Assembly (NCBI RefSeq): GCF_018977255.1
Contig: NW_024704743.1
Coordinates: 24,244,001 to 24,308,000, forward strand
Length of the DNA stretch: 64,000 nt
Direction of reading: 5' to 3'
Source: Callorhinchus milii
Lineage: Eukaryota
The notes under the pieces were generated by a model. It searched no databases and was not told the DNA's origin. It was given only the letters and a program-made list of their open reading frames with translations. Shown piece after piece: positions 49,043 to 62,540 of this stretch. Position numbers and translations under genes: made by a program. Positions within the stretch are counted from its first letter, which is position 1. Each line of letters begins with the position of its first letter.

Positions 49043-50612
49043 AACAGCAACAACAACAAAATTACATTCATAGAGCGCCTTTCACGTCGGGAGGACGTCT
49101 CAAAGCACTGAACGGTCAGGTGTTCAGGCCCGAGCATGGGAGAGGGATGGTGTAGGGGTGATGGAAGGCAGAGAGGTGGGAGGGAGACCAAAGGCACAAT
49201 TGAAGAGAAGGGTCTTGAGACCGGCCTTGAAAGAGGCAAGGGAGGGATGCGAAGGGACTGTGGGATGGAGTTCCAGAGTGTGGGGGCAGAGAGGCTGAAA
49301 GCCCGGCCACCGATGGTAGGGCGGGTCGGAGGGAGACATGGAGCAGACCGGAGCCCGATAAGGGGTGAGGCAGTGGTAGAGTCTAGCAATACTGCCGAGG
49401 TGGTGGTAGGCAGTGCCAGTGATGGCGCGGATGTGGGGGAGAAAGGACAGTTCAGGGTCAAACAAGATACCCAGCTTCCTGACTGGCTTAGTGAGGTTAA
49501 GTGTGCAGCCGTGTAGGCTGATGCTGCCAGCGCCTGAGGTGCGGAGGCGCTGGTGTGAGCCAATCAGGAGGGCCTCGGTCTTGCTGATGTTGAGTTGGCG
49601 AAAGTTGTCCCTCGTCCAGGACTTGATGTCGGGCAGGCAGTCGGTCAGGACGCCAGTAGTCCTGGAGTTCAGGGTGGAGGCAGAGAGGTAGAAATGGGTA
49701 TCATCCGTACACATGTGGAAATTTACCCCATGTCTGCGGATGATGTCACCAAGGGGGAGGGAGCATGTAGAGAGTGAAGAGGAGGGGACCGAGGACAGAG
49801 CCTTGAGGAATGCTACATGAGACAGTGTGAGGGCTGGAGGAAAAGCTGTTTACCGCGACGAAGTGGAGCCGTGTGAAAAGTAGGTCCTGAACCAGTCCAG
49901 GATAGAACCTTGAAGGCTGAGGTGGGACGAGAAGCGGTGGAGGAGAATTGAGTGGTCCACGGTGTCAAAGGCGGCGGAGAGGTCGAGGAGGACGAGGAGG
50001 CAGAGGGAGCTCTGGTCACACATGGTCAGGATGTCGTTTGTGACCTTGACCGGTGCAGTTTCTGTGCTGTGGATGCACGGAAACCTGATTGGAGGGGTTC
50101 ATGGAGGGAGTGAGAGGAGAGGAAAGAGCGAAGCTGGGAGGCAATGGCTCTCTCAAGGTCATTGGATAGGAAGGGGAGATTTGAGATGGGCCGGTAGTTA
50201 GATAGCTGTGATGGGTCAAGGGAAGATTTCTTCAAGGTGGAGGTGATAGTGGCTGTTTTGAGGGGGGAAGAAACAGTGCCAGATGACAGGGAGAGGTTAA
50301 TGAAGTCGGTGGGTAGTGGGGCAAGGAGGCGGAACTGGAATTTAAGGAGAGGGGTGGGGATGGGGTTGAGGGAGCAGGTGGTGGACTTCATGGAGTTTAC
50401 CGTGTTGAAGACAGAGAAGGGGGTGACAGGTTCAAAGGTGTGGAAGGAGGGATGGGTAATTGTTGGATGGGTAATTGTGTGGGGTGGGGGTATAGGGAGG
50501 GGTTGGAAGTTGGGAGGGCAGTAACAGCTGAGCGGATTCCCTCGATTTTGGACTCGAGGAAGTCCAGCATTTTCTCACAGTGAGAGTCAGTAGGAGAAAA
50601 CACGACAAAAAA
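49043..50612 (-). mobile_element. Longest L2 LINE copy (RT domain, frameshifted, internally deleted)
   Basis: KSTTCSLNPIPTPLLK...INLSLSSGTV...LKKSSLDPSQLSNYRPISNLPFLS..LERAIASQL...[25 protein letters not shown]...DIKSW...KLGILFDPELSF; tail stem-loop and (GTT)n. Confidence 0.95.
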
Positions 50613-51594
50613 ATCCATGACAACAAAAATTATACCTATAATTAAAATCAAATGTTTTGAAAATTAGTACTGACCCTGTCATATTTTTTTCTTTGCCTTT
50701 ATCCCTTTTTCTTCAATTTTAAATGGAAAGAGTGCAGATGACCTCTTTGTAGGGAAATAACTTGTAGAAGTTAAAGTATTTGACTAGATGTTGGAGCAAA
50801 ATTAGTACAAACTTTTCCATCGATTATCCAGTATCTTGGCTTCAGGAGGGCTGTTTTTCTGATGATCTGTCTATCTGCCTGCAGTCACCTGCCCCTTCCC
50901 TGGTGTTGTACTGAGCCACTGACAAGCACTCTGGGACACTACCCTGCAAGTCATTGCTGTTCATCTGGCCTACAATACTCTAGATAAATTGGTCATTGAC
51001 CTCTTGGCTGTTTATGGTACATTACTGTGCACAAATTGTCTGCTGCTTTCGCCTATAAATAGTCACTCCACTTGACAGAAATTCTTGTAAAGCACTTTGA
51101 GACATTTCAACATTATGGGCACTATATCAAAATGATTATTATTATCATTGTTAATGGCAATAAAGTGGTGCACCTTACGGTACAGAAAACTATAAAAGAT
51201 GAAACTTTTTAAGAAATGAAGCTGGAACAAAATGGGGCTTTCTGTGTATCAGACACCTGGTGGACCAAAAGCTAGACCATTTAATGCAGCAGTTTAAATA
51301 TTGTGATTTAAAGGTTGGCAGAAAAGGCAAGGCAGAGGGAATCTAGGATGAAGTTCCTGGGAACGGGCAGAATGGTTGAGAGCTCACCCATCGTTGGTGA
51401 GGTACAACAAGTGGTGCCCTCCAAAAATACAGGAAGCTGTCACTGCTATTACCCTAAAGTTGTCACTGTTGCCCTCTCTGACAGCTGAAACAGCGGTGGT
51501 TCCAATTTTTTGACAAAATTAACAACTGTAATCCATGCAAAAAGTATCTTTCAATCCTAAGGTTTTTAACTCGTCAACTCAGCAAGGAAAGAAT

Positions 51595-51810
51595 TAGGCA
51601 ATTTGGTGGATCGCTTTCTGGGGGTAATAATCCCTCCCCCAAAAAATTTGATCGCTCAATCCACGACTGTTTGTGGATACTGCTTTGCGCAATCGGTTGC
51701 TGTGTTTTGTCCACAAATACACAGTCAATCCACTTTACACTATGTTCTGTGAAGCACTTCGAGACAGCTCAACAATGTGATAATGCATGTCAAATGCAAG
51801 GATTATTATT
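51595..51810 (+). mobile_element. SINE long form, 5'-truncated
   Basis: ttggtggatcgctttctgggggtaataatccc...gtgaagcacttcgagac...tcaaatgcaaggattattatt. Confidence 0.8.
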
Positions 51811-52466
51811 AACTCCCTCCTGGAATTGCCTAAACTTTCATCCTGCTACTTAAGCACATCAAACAGATAGTTCTGTGCTGTGGGTTTGAAGATGATAATA
51901 CATGTTGCAGCTAGGACTGTATTTTTACTAGAGAAGAAGTCTACATGAATTTATCCTTTCAGTAAACACCAGTCTGCAGTATATCCATCGGGAATTCAAA
52001 GGTGAGTTGAAAAGGGGTGAACCCAAAGGACTCTGGGATGGAGTTCCAGCGAGTGAAAGTCCAATTTGAAACCTTAGTTTGGTCACTTTTCCACCCCTAT
52101 CTCAACTCCCTTCATGATCAGCTCAGGCACCCAGTTAGTTTTGTGAAGCTCTTTGAGATGTGCTATATAAATGTTGCATTGTTGTTGTAGAGGCACAAAG
52201 GGTTGTGACGAAAGGACAGGACATTGGAATTTAAAAGATCTGCCAAAATCTAATAAACTGGAGCTCAATGTGCTGAATATCCTCCTCCTATTTCTGCTTA
52301 CCATGTTTCTAACCTCAACTACACAGTAGAATTAATAGGAGTCAGATCACTTTCATCACACCACACTGGATATCACTGAAATATAAGGTCTAACCTCCAT
52401 CTCACTGGATACTGCACAGTATTAATTAATTTTAAAGAAATGAATCTGCTGGTGACAAAATTGGAG

Positions 52467-53190
52467 CAACAACAACAAATTGCATTTACATAGCGCAATT
52501 CATGTCGGCGGGATGTCCCAAGGCAAAAGGCAGTGAAGGGCTTGCATTCCGAGAAGATGGGGGTCGGAATCAAAAATGGTGGAGGGCAGGCTGGGGGGTG
52601 TCAAGGTGAGCGAAGGCACGGACAAAGAGGAAGTTCTTGAGACAGGCCTTGAAGGAGGCAGGGGCGTGGGCAGAAAGTCTGAAGGCCCGACCGTTGATAG
52701 TGGAGTGGGAGTGGTAGGAGATATGGTGCAGGTCAGTGCAGGCAGAGTGGAGGGAGCGGACAGATTGGCAAAGGTTTAGTAGGTCGCAGAGGTAGGGAGG
52801 AGCAAGACCATGAGGGACTTTTAAGGTGAAGATGAGGATCTTGAACTTAATCCTCTGACGGATGGTGAGCCAGTGGAGCTGGGTGAGGGTGGGGATGATT
52901 GGTTCGCGGAGCCTGGTGCAGGAGAGGACACGAGCTGCAGAGTTCTGAACAATGTGTGCCTTGTGAAGGGAAGAGTTGGGTAGCCGGTCGAGCAGGGAAT
53001 TAGCATAGTCAAGCCTGGACGTAATGAAGGCATGGATGAGGGGCTCAGCCGCTTCAGGGGAGAGATAGAGGTGGATGTGGCCAATGTTGCGGGAAAGCAG
53101 AACGGGTCATGGCATTGGGTGTGGGGTTTAAAAGACAGCTGAGGGTCGAACACGACATCAGGGTTCTGTACTGGCTCGTGAGGCTAAGAC
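52467..53190 (-). mobile_element. L2 3' fragment
   Basis: FDPQLSFKPH; gcatagtcaagcctggacgtaatgaaggcatgg (HAFITSRLDYA on the minus strand); reverse tail caacaacaac...catgtcggcgggatgtcccaagg. Confidence 0.88.
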
Positions 53191-53483
53191 AGTCAGATAC
53201 TCAAATACTCCCATGGGAAATGAAGATTTCTGTGCTGCCAGAGCTGGGGAGTGTAATCTGGAGGGAAGGAAGCCAGGATTGATAATAGAGAAATGCAAGC
53301 TTATTGTGGATCATTTTTGCTTGCTTGTTACACAAACAAATGTTACGCTGAGCTAGAATAACACATAATACTCCAATGTAACATATTGGTCTAGAATGTT
53401 ATATTCCAGTCCATAGTATCACGTTGATGTGGAGAAATATGTTAAACTGCAATGTATTCCATTGACGATGCAGAGTATAGTAC

Positions 53484-53723
53484 ACAATAACTTGCACTTA
53501 TATAGCGCTCTCCACGCAGGGTAGTATTTCAGAGCACTTAGCAGTTGCGGAGCCTGACTCCAAGCCGGGGGTCTGGGACAGGGAGGGTGGGGGGGGGTAC
53601 GCGGAGGTAGCTGTACGACCTATGGTTAAAGAGGAAAGTTTTCAGGCGGGACTTAAAAAAAGAGAGGCTGAAGGATTGAAGGAGAGTGTTCCAGAGTTTT
53701 GGGGTGTAGTGGCTGAAAGCACT
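53484..53723 (-). mobile_element. L2 3' end fragment
   Basis: AFSHYTPKLWNTL...FKSRLKTFLF plus reverse tail aacttgcacttatatagcgc. Confidence 0.8.
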
Positions 53724-53879
53724 ATACGACTGTATATACATCATATTGATCTAGAACATCACGCTGTATGTTATTCATAAATGCTGGAAAAGTATGTCTG
53801 TTTCATGTGCCAACCTGATCTAGAACAGCACAAACCCCTGCAAGGGATTCACATTGATAGAATAGCGAGTTAGACTTCA

Positions 53880-54245
53880 CAATAATATAATAATAATCTT
53901 TACATTTGACACAGCACCTTATCAGGTTGTTGAGATGTCTCAATGTGCTTCAAAGTATTCACTGTAAAGTGTAGCGATTCTGTATTTTGAGGACAAACGT
54001 GGCAGGCGATCTGCACCCAACAACATACCACACACAGCCACGGAGTGAGTGACCTGTTTTATCTGGGGAGGGATTGTTGACCAAAACACTGGGAGCAAGA
54101 AACTCCTTTCTCTTTTTCCAACTTCGCCATGGGACATGAACCTCCATCCCAAACAAGGCACAGATTTAACATCTCACTGAAGGAAGCTGTCTCCGACAAT
54201 GCGGTGCTCACTTCTCCCAGCACTATGCTGGAGCTTAGACATAGA
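53880..54245 (-). mobile_element. DeuSINE fragment
   Basis: Reverse Deu body (ttaacatctcactgaaggaagctgtctccgacaatgc) and tail. Confidence 0.7.
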
Positions 54246-54784
54246 CATTGCCTGAAGTAAGAAGTATACACTATGTGTGTTGAGAATGCAATTGGAATGC
54301 ATTTACAGGATAAACAAGTGCCCAACAGCCAAACAGTTAATATGCATTCCATTTGAATTATTATTCTGTTTTTTAGTTGTAAATGAAATGAGTTAATCGT
54401 ATTCTGAATATAACTAATGTAATATAATAGCTGTGATTAACTGTAGACTTGTTATCGGGCAGCAATAAATGATTGTAATTTTGGTAGAAACAGTGTAAAT
54501 GAGTACAGAGCCAACGAATTGTTCTTGCAGGATCATTGCCTGAGGATCTAAACTACCTAATCCCTGAACAGTTGTCATGTTTTGATAAACACATCCGCAA
54601 TGAATATTTTAGCAGCAGTGGATCCCACTGCACTTCACAATCACTCATTAGAACAAATTATGCAACATCAGTCCTAGTCCTGCTGAACCCAATGCTACAC
54701 AACTTTACAAAAAAATGAAAATAATCTCAGCTATTCCATATCCCTTTATCCTTTCCTCAGTTACTCTGTGTCACCGGATAGGTT

Positions 54785-55113
54785 TGGAGCCCCGTAGCAT
54801 TGTGGTTAACTCTCTCGTCTCTAAAGTGAGAGGACCCGGGTTCGATTCCTGGGCAGGGGGCGAAACCTCTGGCAAGTTTCCTTACTCCACACGTTGTTTA
54901 CCTAGCAGTAAGTAGGAACCTGGTTGTTAGTCAATTGGTTGATTGCTTTCCAGGAGTGATAAACCCTCCAAAAAAAATGTGGTCACTCAATTTGTGGGAC
55001 AGTCATGGCTGTGGTATTTCACCCACAAAATACACAGTCAAAGCACTTCACAATATATTCTGTGAAGCACTTTTAGATGTCTCAACGACATTCAAATGCA
55101 AGGATTATTATTA
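54785..55113 (+). mobile_element. tRNA-headed SINE, long form
   Basis: gggttcgattcc B box; ggcaagtttccttactccacacg...tttacctagcagtaagtaggaacctggttgttag; tail caaatgcaaggattattatt. Confidence 0.85.
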
Positions 55114-55592
55114 TCATAATAAGGTAACACTGCCTATTCCTGAACTTGGTGCAGTGTGTCATGTATTAGGTTTAAAATATAATTTGAATTCTGTCATTTT
55201 CTTTCTTTGTTGTTTCAACCTACATATGCAACCTTGCAGAAAGCAGAGGAGTTTTACTCATTCCTCTACAATAATGTTGTAAACTGCCTTTGAATAAGCG
55301 TCTTCAATCTCTTTAATTCTTGCAAACATAAAAATGCATCAGTCAATTTTTGACTGGTGAAACTTCAATTTGAAACTTAATTTTCTATCAAAGTTTGTTC
55401 TGTAACAATGTAAAAATGGCAAAGCTCATATATTAGACATTTAATATAAAGTTCAATAAGAGGGAGTGTAAAACTCGAGACAGCTATTATTGCTGTTATT
55501 GCAATTATTTCCATTTTAACAACTCTCATTTTAAAACAATTTCATTTCTGTGTGGCAGTTTTCTAAATGGTTCTGCATTATTATATCAGAAT

Positions 55593-55900
55593 CATAATAG
55601 TTGTCCTTGAATTTGAAATAGCACCTGTACCATCAAAACATAACAGAGTGCTCTACAGGTAATTGCTATCAAGTGGTTTCCGTGTATTTGTAGGCATCCA
55701 ATTTGTGCAGTGCAAGATCCCCAAAACAGCCATGAAGTGAATGACCAATTTATCTGGAATAATATTTGCCAGGACACTGGAAGAAATGCCCCTCTCTTTT
55801 CAATTACCTGTGGTATTACAGGATACTTAACATCTACCTGAACAGTAAGCAGGGCTTTGGTAACTATACATCCAAGACGGCCCCTCCGACAATGTAGCAA
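55593..55900 (-). mobile_element. DeuSINE fragment
   Basis: acagccatgaagtgaatgaccaattt...gccaggacactgg...catccaagacggcccctccgacaatg. Confidence 0.7.
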
Positions 55901-57114
55901 TCTATTCACTTTTCTCTGTGTAATGGAAAATCATCTTATCAATGAAATGATCACGAATTTTAGCATTAATCAGCCCTCAAAGAGTAATGTCAGTATAAAC
56001 AAATTTCAATAAAACTTGAAATGGGATTGTGAGCCATTTAGCAATTTTTACATAAATATTTTACAGAGAGATTTAAAGCAACATATTTCTGTATACACTG
56101 TAAACACAGTATTACAATTAATCTGTAATCTGTGAGTACTTCTAATTTCTTTGCTTCTCTTTATACAGCTACATGCTGCTCAAACTCATACACTGGTTTA
56201 TATACACACTTGCATTCAAACTGAAACAGCTGATATAAGAAATCAAAGCAAAGTTAGGTTTCTATCCAACATGAGCTGTTAGAGTTCATAGTACATTCCA
56301 ACCCTGATATAACGTGGGAATCAGGGTCCATAAAATGAAAACAGGTGTTATAACGGGTTGTGTTATATAATGTGGCTGACAGTCAGCGCTTCAGGGTTTG
56401 TAAGGTCACCGCTGATGTCACTGAGCTGTGCTATGCACAGAAAGCCAGCCATCAGAGGTGACTGATTTCATGACCATTTCCAGTGGTTTGTGGAGTCAGG
56501 AGACTCACTATCTGTACCCACAGGTTACTGAAGGAGGTATAACAACAATTTACACTTATATAGTACCTTTCATGCCAGGAGGAAGTCTCAAATCGCTTTA
56601 TAGAGCTAACGGAGTCGCACTGTAAGTACTGCTTAGTGTAAGCAATGTTAAGGCCTGCATGGAGTGTATCACCAAGAAGGGTAGCATGAGTGATAATGCA
56701 AGTAACGTTTGTTCACAAGGGAGTTTGCAATGTGGTAATTCCTAATGAGATTCCTTAATAAAGAATCCAAGTTGTGCAAATGGGGATTCATTCCATTAAC
56801 TGGAGGTACATCACAATGACCTACAGGAACTGCACGAGGTGCAATCTGCTTCTGGAGGGGAGGTCCCACAAGAATCCAGGTTAAGAAATGTACATTACTC
56901 ACCCAACAGTATCTTCTATACAATCGTCAATTTCACATCATTGAAAAATTTTAATATTCATTTGTGATAACGTGAGCAAAATAATCTGTAAATCTGAATT
57001 ACTAATTTTTTCTATACAACAATTTTCTTATTTGGTGCCTTCCACACATGCTCGTGTCTTTAAGTGCTACATAACATTTCCTCTGTATATATGACTTCTA
57101 CATGTATGCATATG

Positions 57115-57473
57115 AATGACCTACATGAATGCAGATGACACCAAAGTCTAACTGTTTGCCTCCACCTTTGATTCCAGGACCACTGCTGTCCTGACCGACT
57201 CTATGTCAGATATCAAGTTCTGGATGAGAGCTAACTTTCTCCCGTTGAATGTTGACAAGATGGAGGCTCTCCTGCTTCACTCCTGTCAGCATCTCCTCAC
57301 TTCAGGCACTGACAGCATCACTGTACATGGATGCTCATTCCACCTCACCGAGCCAGTGCGGAATGTCTTTTTCAACTCAAAACTGTTCTTTAAACCCCAT
57401 GTCCGTGACTGGACCTGTTCAGCTTTCCCCCAACTCCACAACACTGCCCACCTCTGCCACTACCTCTCACCAC
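57115..57473 (+). mobile_element. L2 RT fragment
   Basis: NADDTKV...SDIKFWMRANFLPLNVDKMEALL...EPVRN. Confidence 0.85.
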
Positions 57474-57688
57474 TGACCCAATTATTATTATTTACATATT
57501 TTTTGCAGGGATTATCAATCCGGAAAAGTGATCCACCAATCGACTAACAACCGGCTCCTACTTACTGCAAGGTAAACAGAGGCATGTGGAGTAAGGAAAC
57601 CTGCCCAATGTTTCACCCTGCCCGGGAATCAAACTCAGTGAGGTGCCTGTGAGGTGAGTGCTCTAACCGCTACCCTACAGGACTCCAC
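57474..57688 (-). mobile_element. tRNA-headed SINE long form, 5' half
   Basis: Minus strand gtggagtcctgtagg...ggttagagcactcacc...ttgggcaggtttccttactccacatgcctctgtttacc. Confidence 0.85.
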
Positions 57689-58164
57689 GTTGGTACATAG
57701 TAAGAGGGCATAGGGCACTGCTGTAGCTTTTGGAAGTAGTACTGCATTATTTCTGGTTGTTAAGTAGACTGTAAACCTGAAAGTAACTAATGTTAAGTCA
57801 GGGAAGCATAGCATTAATTATGAGGAGAAACTTGCTGTTTTTAGGGAAACGAAGATTGAAGGGGATATATGACCCAATTATTTAAAATGCTTGGATGCAT
57901 AGGATGATGTAGATTTAAATGGGCAGTTTGCCTTTTACAGTGAATGCAGAACTGGACATAAGTTTAAAATTAGGGAGCATTGAGCAGTACCTCAAGATTA
58001 GAGGGAACTTTTTCCCACTATAAAGTCACACCATCAAGATCAATAAATGTTCCAATCACCAGGGAACCCAATACTCTTGCCATTCAATATCAGTAAATCG
58101 CCTGACAATCAGAATCACCAAAGAAGGAAAATGTTTACACAATTCTTTGAATATGTGAAACAGC

Positions 58165-58490
58165 ACAACCAAAGATTTGGGTGAATGCACGGAGTCATCT
58201 GGTAATGAGTCATACAAACCAACAAATGTCTCAGGTTCAATTGCTAGTCTGTGCTGAATTAACGGATCTCAGACAGAGCAGCTATGATTGACCTCAGCAT
58301 TCCTAGACTAGAAATGAGAGAAAAAAGCCAGTCACTCCTCATCACTATCAAGGGACCCCTGCCGAGATGTGCATATGGCAATCAGGTGAGGACACAATAG
58401 ATTCAGCAGGCATGTCTCCCCCCCCCCCCCACCCCCCTCTTATCAAACAGACCTTCAGTGTCTAGAAGAGTAGCCACCTGGGAATAGGAA
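58165..58490 (+). mobile_element. LF-SINE-like element
   Basis: ggtaatgagtcatacaaacc...caggttcaatt...gtctgtgctgaattaacggatctcag...attgacctcagc...aaaagccag...ctcctcatcactatcaagggacccctgc...caggtgaggga is collinear with the recalled LF-SINE consensus. Confidence 0.72.
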
Positions 58491-60276
58491 GATAGAGAAC
58501 GAATAGAGAGAACAGAAAGAGAATAGAGAGATACTGGAGAGGGAGAGAATGGAAATAGAGTGAGAGAATATGAAGAAAAACGAGAGAGAAAATACTCTAC
58601 TAGGGGAAAAAGGGTACAAGCACAATGTGGGTGAAATCAGTCATATTTGCTTTACGCATTTAAGCATCATGAAACAGCTAATTGAGAAACAGGTCTGCAT
58701 TTCTGTAATATATCTCTCCGTATATTGCAGGCATTATTCCTAAGCACTCCAGTAAATTCTCAGCGTACTGTAGAATAGCAGTCAAATTAACATCTTTAGA
58801 ATGCAGCTTAATCAGATTCTCTTGATTACTGTGTCGTTCAAATTAAATCATTATTCTGCCATGTCTGGGTGGAATTGTGCCAGTAAAGCCCAATAGAATT
58901 TTTACTTTTACCTTCCACAGGCACAGAGGCCCTTAAACTGCTCTACGCCTCATGCAAAGTTTCAGAGAAGGCTGCTTGTAATCTCTTCCATCTGCTTCTC
59001 TTGCTGTCAGGGGGTGTTTTGAATGTGGGGTTAATGATCCGACAGTCTAATCAGTGAAGTGAATGGACCAGTACAAGTTCTGATTGACTGGCTGCTAACT
59101 TAGGTCACTACTGGTTCCAACCCAGTGATTCTGGCTGATGAATTTCTGATTACAACACAATGTAGTTCTGCATTATTGATGCCATCCTGAGGTGATCATT
59201 CTTACAATTAAAATAAAGATTCCAACGAACTCATGCTGCATTACAATTACTGTAGTCTGATAATATTGTCTGGCCTATTAGAGTTAAATAAAATAGATCA
59301 TTTTAGTCACTGGTTAAACTAATATAAGTGCGTATACTCTGACCACAAATGTACGCAGATGGATTGCTTTTCGATTTAGCAAACCACTTTACAATGAGTT
59401 TTGAAGTAAAAAGCTAGCAAATAAATTGATGTGCCTTCTGTAAACACATTCATACAAAGGCCTTCATTCTTTCAGAATTTATACATTATTTACATATCAT
59501 TCAATTCATGTTAATCCCATTTTTTTTACATACAGTTTATCTTTTCGTAATTACATGCTGCAATCTATTCACCGATGGGCCCTTATCTGTTAATCTTAAA
59601 AGTACCTAATTTATACATCTAGTTTCTGATGCTCTGCCAAGGATTATTTATTAGTTTCTAGCCTTTCTTTGTTTCTTCGTTTGGAATGAGAAACATGTTT
59701 ACGCTTCACACCCAGTGATGGTATCATTCCAATCCGTATTATATGCAGCTCAAGACAGATGTAAACAAAGCTTGTATTGCATTACCCATCTGTCTGTCTC
59801 AACCTCCACAAGGGTTTATATTGCCTCAGTATCTCTTAGCGGAGAGAGTTGTGTTTAAGAACAGCGCTGCACAGTAACAACTATTTTGAGACTGACTTGA
59901 AGGGGGTAAATTTAATGTGAGCTTTTTATGGACTACAGCAGAGACAGGATTTTGTCATCCTCTCTCTTGATGGATTTTAATGTTGTTCTTTGGGAATTAG
60001 AAAAGGAGGGGCTAAGGACAATGTCTCAGCCAGTCCTCCTTTAGCCGAAAAAAGTGGGAGAGATTTAACCTCAGGAGAAAGCAATAGTAAACGGTGTGCA
60101 TTAGATCAGGCAATGACGGAATCACCTTTGCTTAAAGCACCTCAACAAGTTTAGCAGATCATAGTGATGCTGATACAATTCAAAGTCCTGTGTCAAAGTG
60201 GAGTCACAACTTGAAAGAATATAAGATATGTAACATCATGCTTCACTTCCTTCTTTCTCTTATTTTTACCATTTGT

Positions 60277-60555
60277 GTTAGTCTGGCTCAGTTGGTAATT
60301 CTCTCACCTCTGAGTCAAAAGGTCATGGATTTAAGCCTTACATTGGAACTTGAACCTCACAGTCTAGACGTCCAGGCTGACAATGTAACTGTGGGGTGCT
60401 GGGGGCTGTTGTAGTGTTGGAAGTGCCATTATTTGGCCAAGACGTTAAACCAAGGTCCCATCTACTTATTCAGATGGATATTAAAGATTCCATGGCACTG
60501 GTCGAAAATAGAAGGGAGTTTCTCCAGGTGCTTTGGCCAACAATCCTCTCCCTTC
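60277..60555 (+). mobile_element. DeuSINE 5' part
   Basis: ggctcagttggtaattctctcacctctgagtcaaaagg...aagacgttaaaccaaggtcccatc...aagattccatggcact. Confidence 0.78.
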
Positions 60556-62109
60556 CTACATGTTGACGGGCATGACTTCTGCTCTTTGTTTATGTCCGAG
60601 ACCAGGAGAAGCACAAAGATCAAATTCCCCTCCCTGGAGCTGGTAGTGGTGCTCGTTATTGGCCTAACATTGCCAATACAATTGCCAAAACATCTTGTTT
60701 TTAAGAGTTCAATATGTACAGTTTTTTTAAAAAAATGTGTTTTAATTTACCACTATAGCCACTTTAATTTATATTTGACTTTGATCCCATATTTATTCTT
60801 AAAGTAATTGAAAGGTATTTAAATATCTTTATACATATGCGAATATTGTTGCCAGACAAGGTTGAGGATATTCACATATCCTCCAAAGGGCCACCGAATC
60901 TTAAGTTACATTTGTGAATGCCCTAAACCATTATCTTTAACCCTTCCTATAAATGTGTATATTTTCTTTAAAAGTAAATTACATAACTCGGAACACCGTC
61001 TGAGTGGGAGGTTCCACTGCATAAGAAGTTGTGCGAGTTTGTGAGTGCACAACATTACTGCAAAATTAGTTTAAATGTGTTTCTTTTATACATTTTGTTA
61101 TATTTTAAATGTTCACTACACCAGCAAGAGTAAAATGAAATTATTTTTTGTGCTATTGGTTATATGAAAAGCAATAGGTACCTGGGAATGATTACAAGGC
61201 AGGAATATCAACCATAACGTCATAAACGGCTCAGCCTCTGAATCACAAGATAAGGTTACAGCCTCGTAATCATAACCAGATATCCATTATTCTTTATACT
61301 ACGCACCGTAGAGTTTCAATGTTTAATTCCATTTCCAGTCCTCTTTCTCTCCTGGGGGTGAATGCCATGGCAAGTGATGATTGTCTCAATGAAAGGCGAG
61401 GTGTTAAATTATTGTGATGGAATCACTGGACATTCAGTGAGTGATAATGAAAAATTAATTGTTGCTGAGTAATGTAGTCAATAAATGTTTAATAATATGA
61501 TTGTTAATATTTATTCCACTCTCATGCAGGTTACCTATGTGAAAAAAACACCTACAAATACAGCCACTGCACTTAATGATTATTTTTCTGTAAAACACTG
61601 AGAAGTTTCGATGACATAAGGCAAGCATCAAATGCAGGGATTACTATATTATAATAAACTTTGAGAATGTCACTGGTAAAGAATTACATAAAGTAAGTTT
61701 ATGATCTTATGAGGACTATGATTTATCATAGTCAAGCCATCTCTCCTATTCTGCATATGGCAACTTTTTTATATGAATTAACCTATCTTTCGCCACATCA
61801 TACCTTTCTTACACTATTGATTCAGAGCAATTATGGATTATTTTATTTTATTTCCAGGCCTTTTATTACGCCACATACCAGGTGTCAATAGTTCGGCTAA
61901 GCAAGTACACAGGGATTTGCTGACTACCAATGATTTTCACTCCCTCTATAAGGAAACCGTTGATCTCTTCTCTCTGCCTCTACAATGACACGGCTTAAGT
62001 CAGGAACAATTTGAAGAATGTACCAAGTTCCAACGCAGGGATTACGAGAGTGTGGGACCCTGTGCATATCAGGATGCTGCAACTATCCCAAGTCCATCCT
62101 CTATTATTT

Positions 62110-62540
62110 TGACAATACATCCACTTTAATAGCAAGGATTGCAATTTAGAAAATGATCAATCGTTTTTGATGCAGTTGGTAGTACAGTTTCTCGGCATTC
62201 TGTTTGACCTTGAACAGCGTTTCCAAATCATGTCAGAGGCGTTGCTGGGAATGCTTTCTTCCACCTGTGGAACATTATGTGCTTACTTCCATATTTAACC
62301 ATCCCTACTACTGAAACCCTTATCCTTGTCTTTGTCACTTCTAAGTTTTAAATCTCTAATACTCTCAGTGACCTTCATGGCTACAACCTTGACAAACTCC
62401 AATGCAACTGTAGACAAGTCCTCAATTGCTAACAAGTTGATCTACTCAGTATCAACTGCTTTTCCTGGGTATTTGTCCCACTATCAATTAGTAGTACGTT
62501 TTTGTGTTATACATATTTTAAGCTTGTGCCCTTCAGTTCT
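62110..62540 (+). mobile_element. Ancient L2 ORF2 fragment
   Basis: FLGILFDLEQ...NAFFHLWNI...TETLILVFVTSK. Confidence 0.65.

Noticed and set aside
56560..56580. ATGAAAG|gt on the minus strand, mimicking the human MKG first exon
   Set aside because: It lies inside a decayed L2/SINE tail motif found many times in the window.
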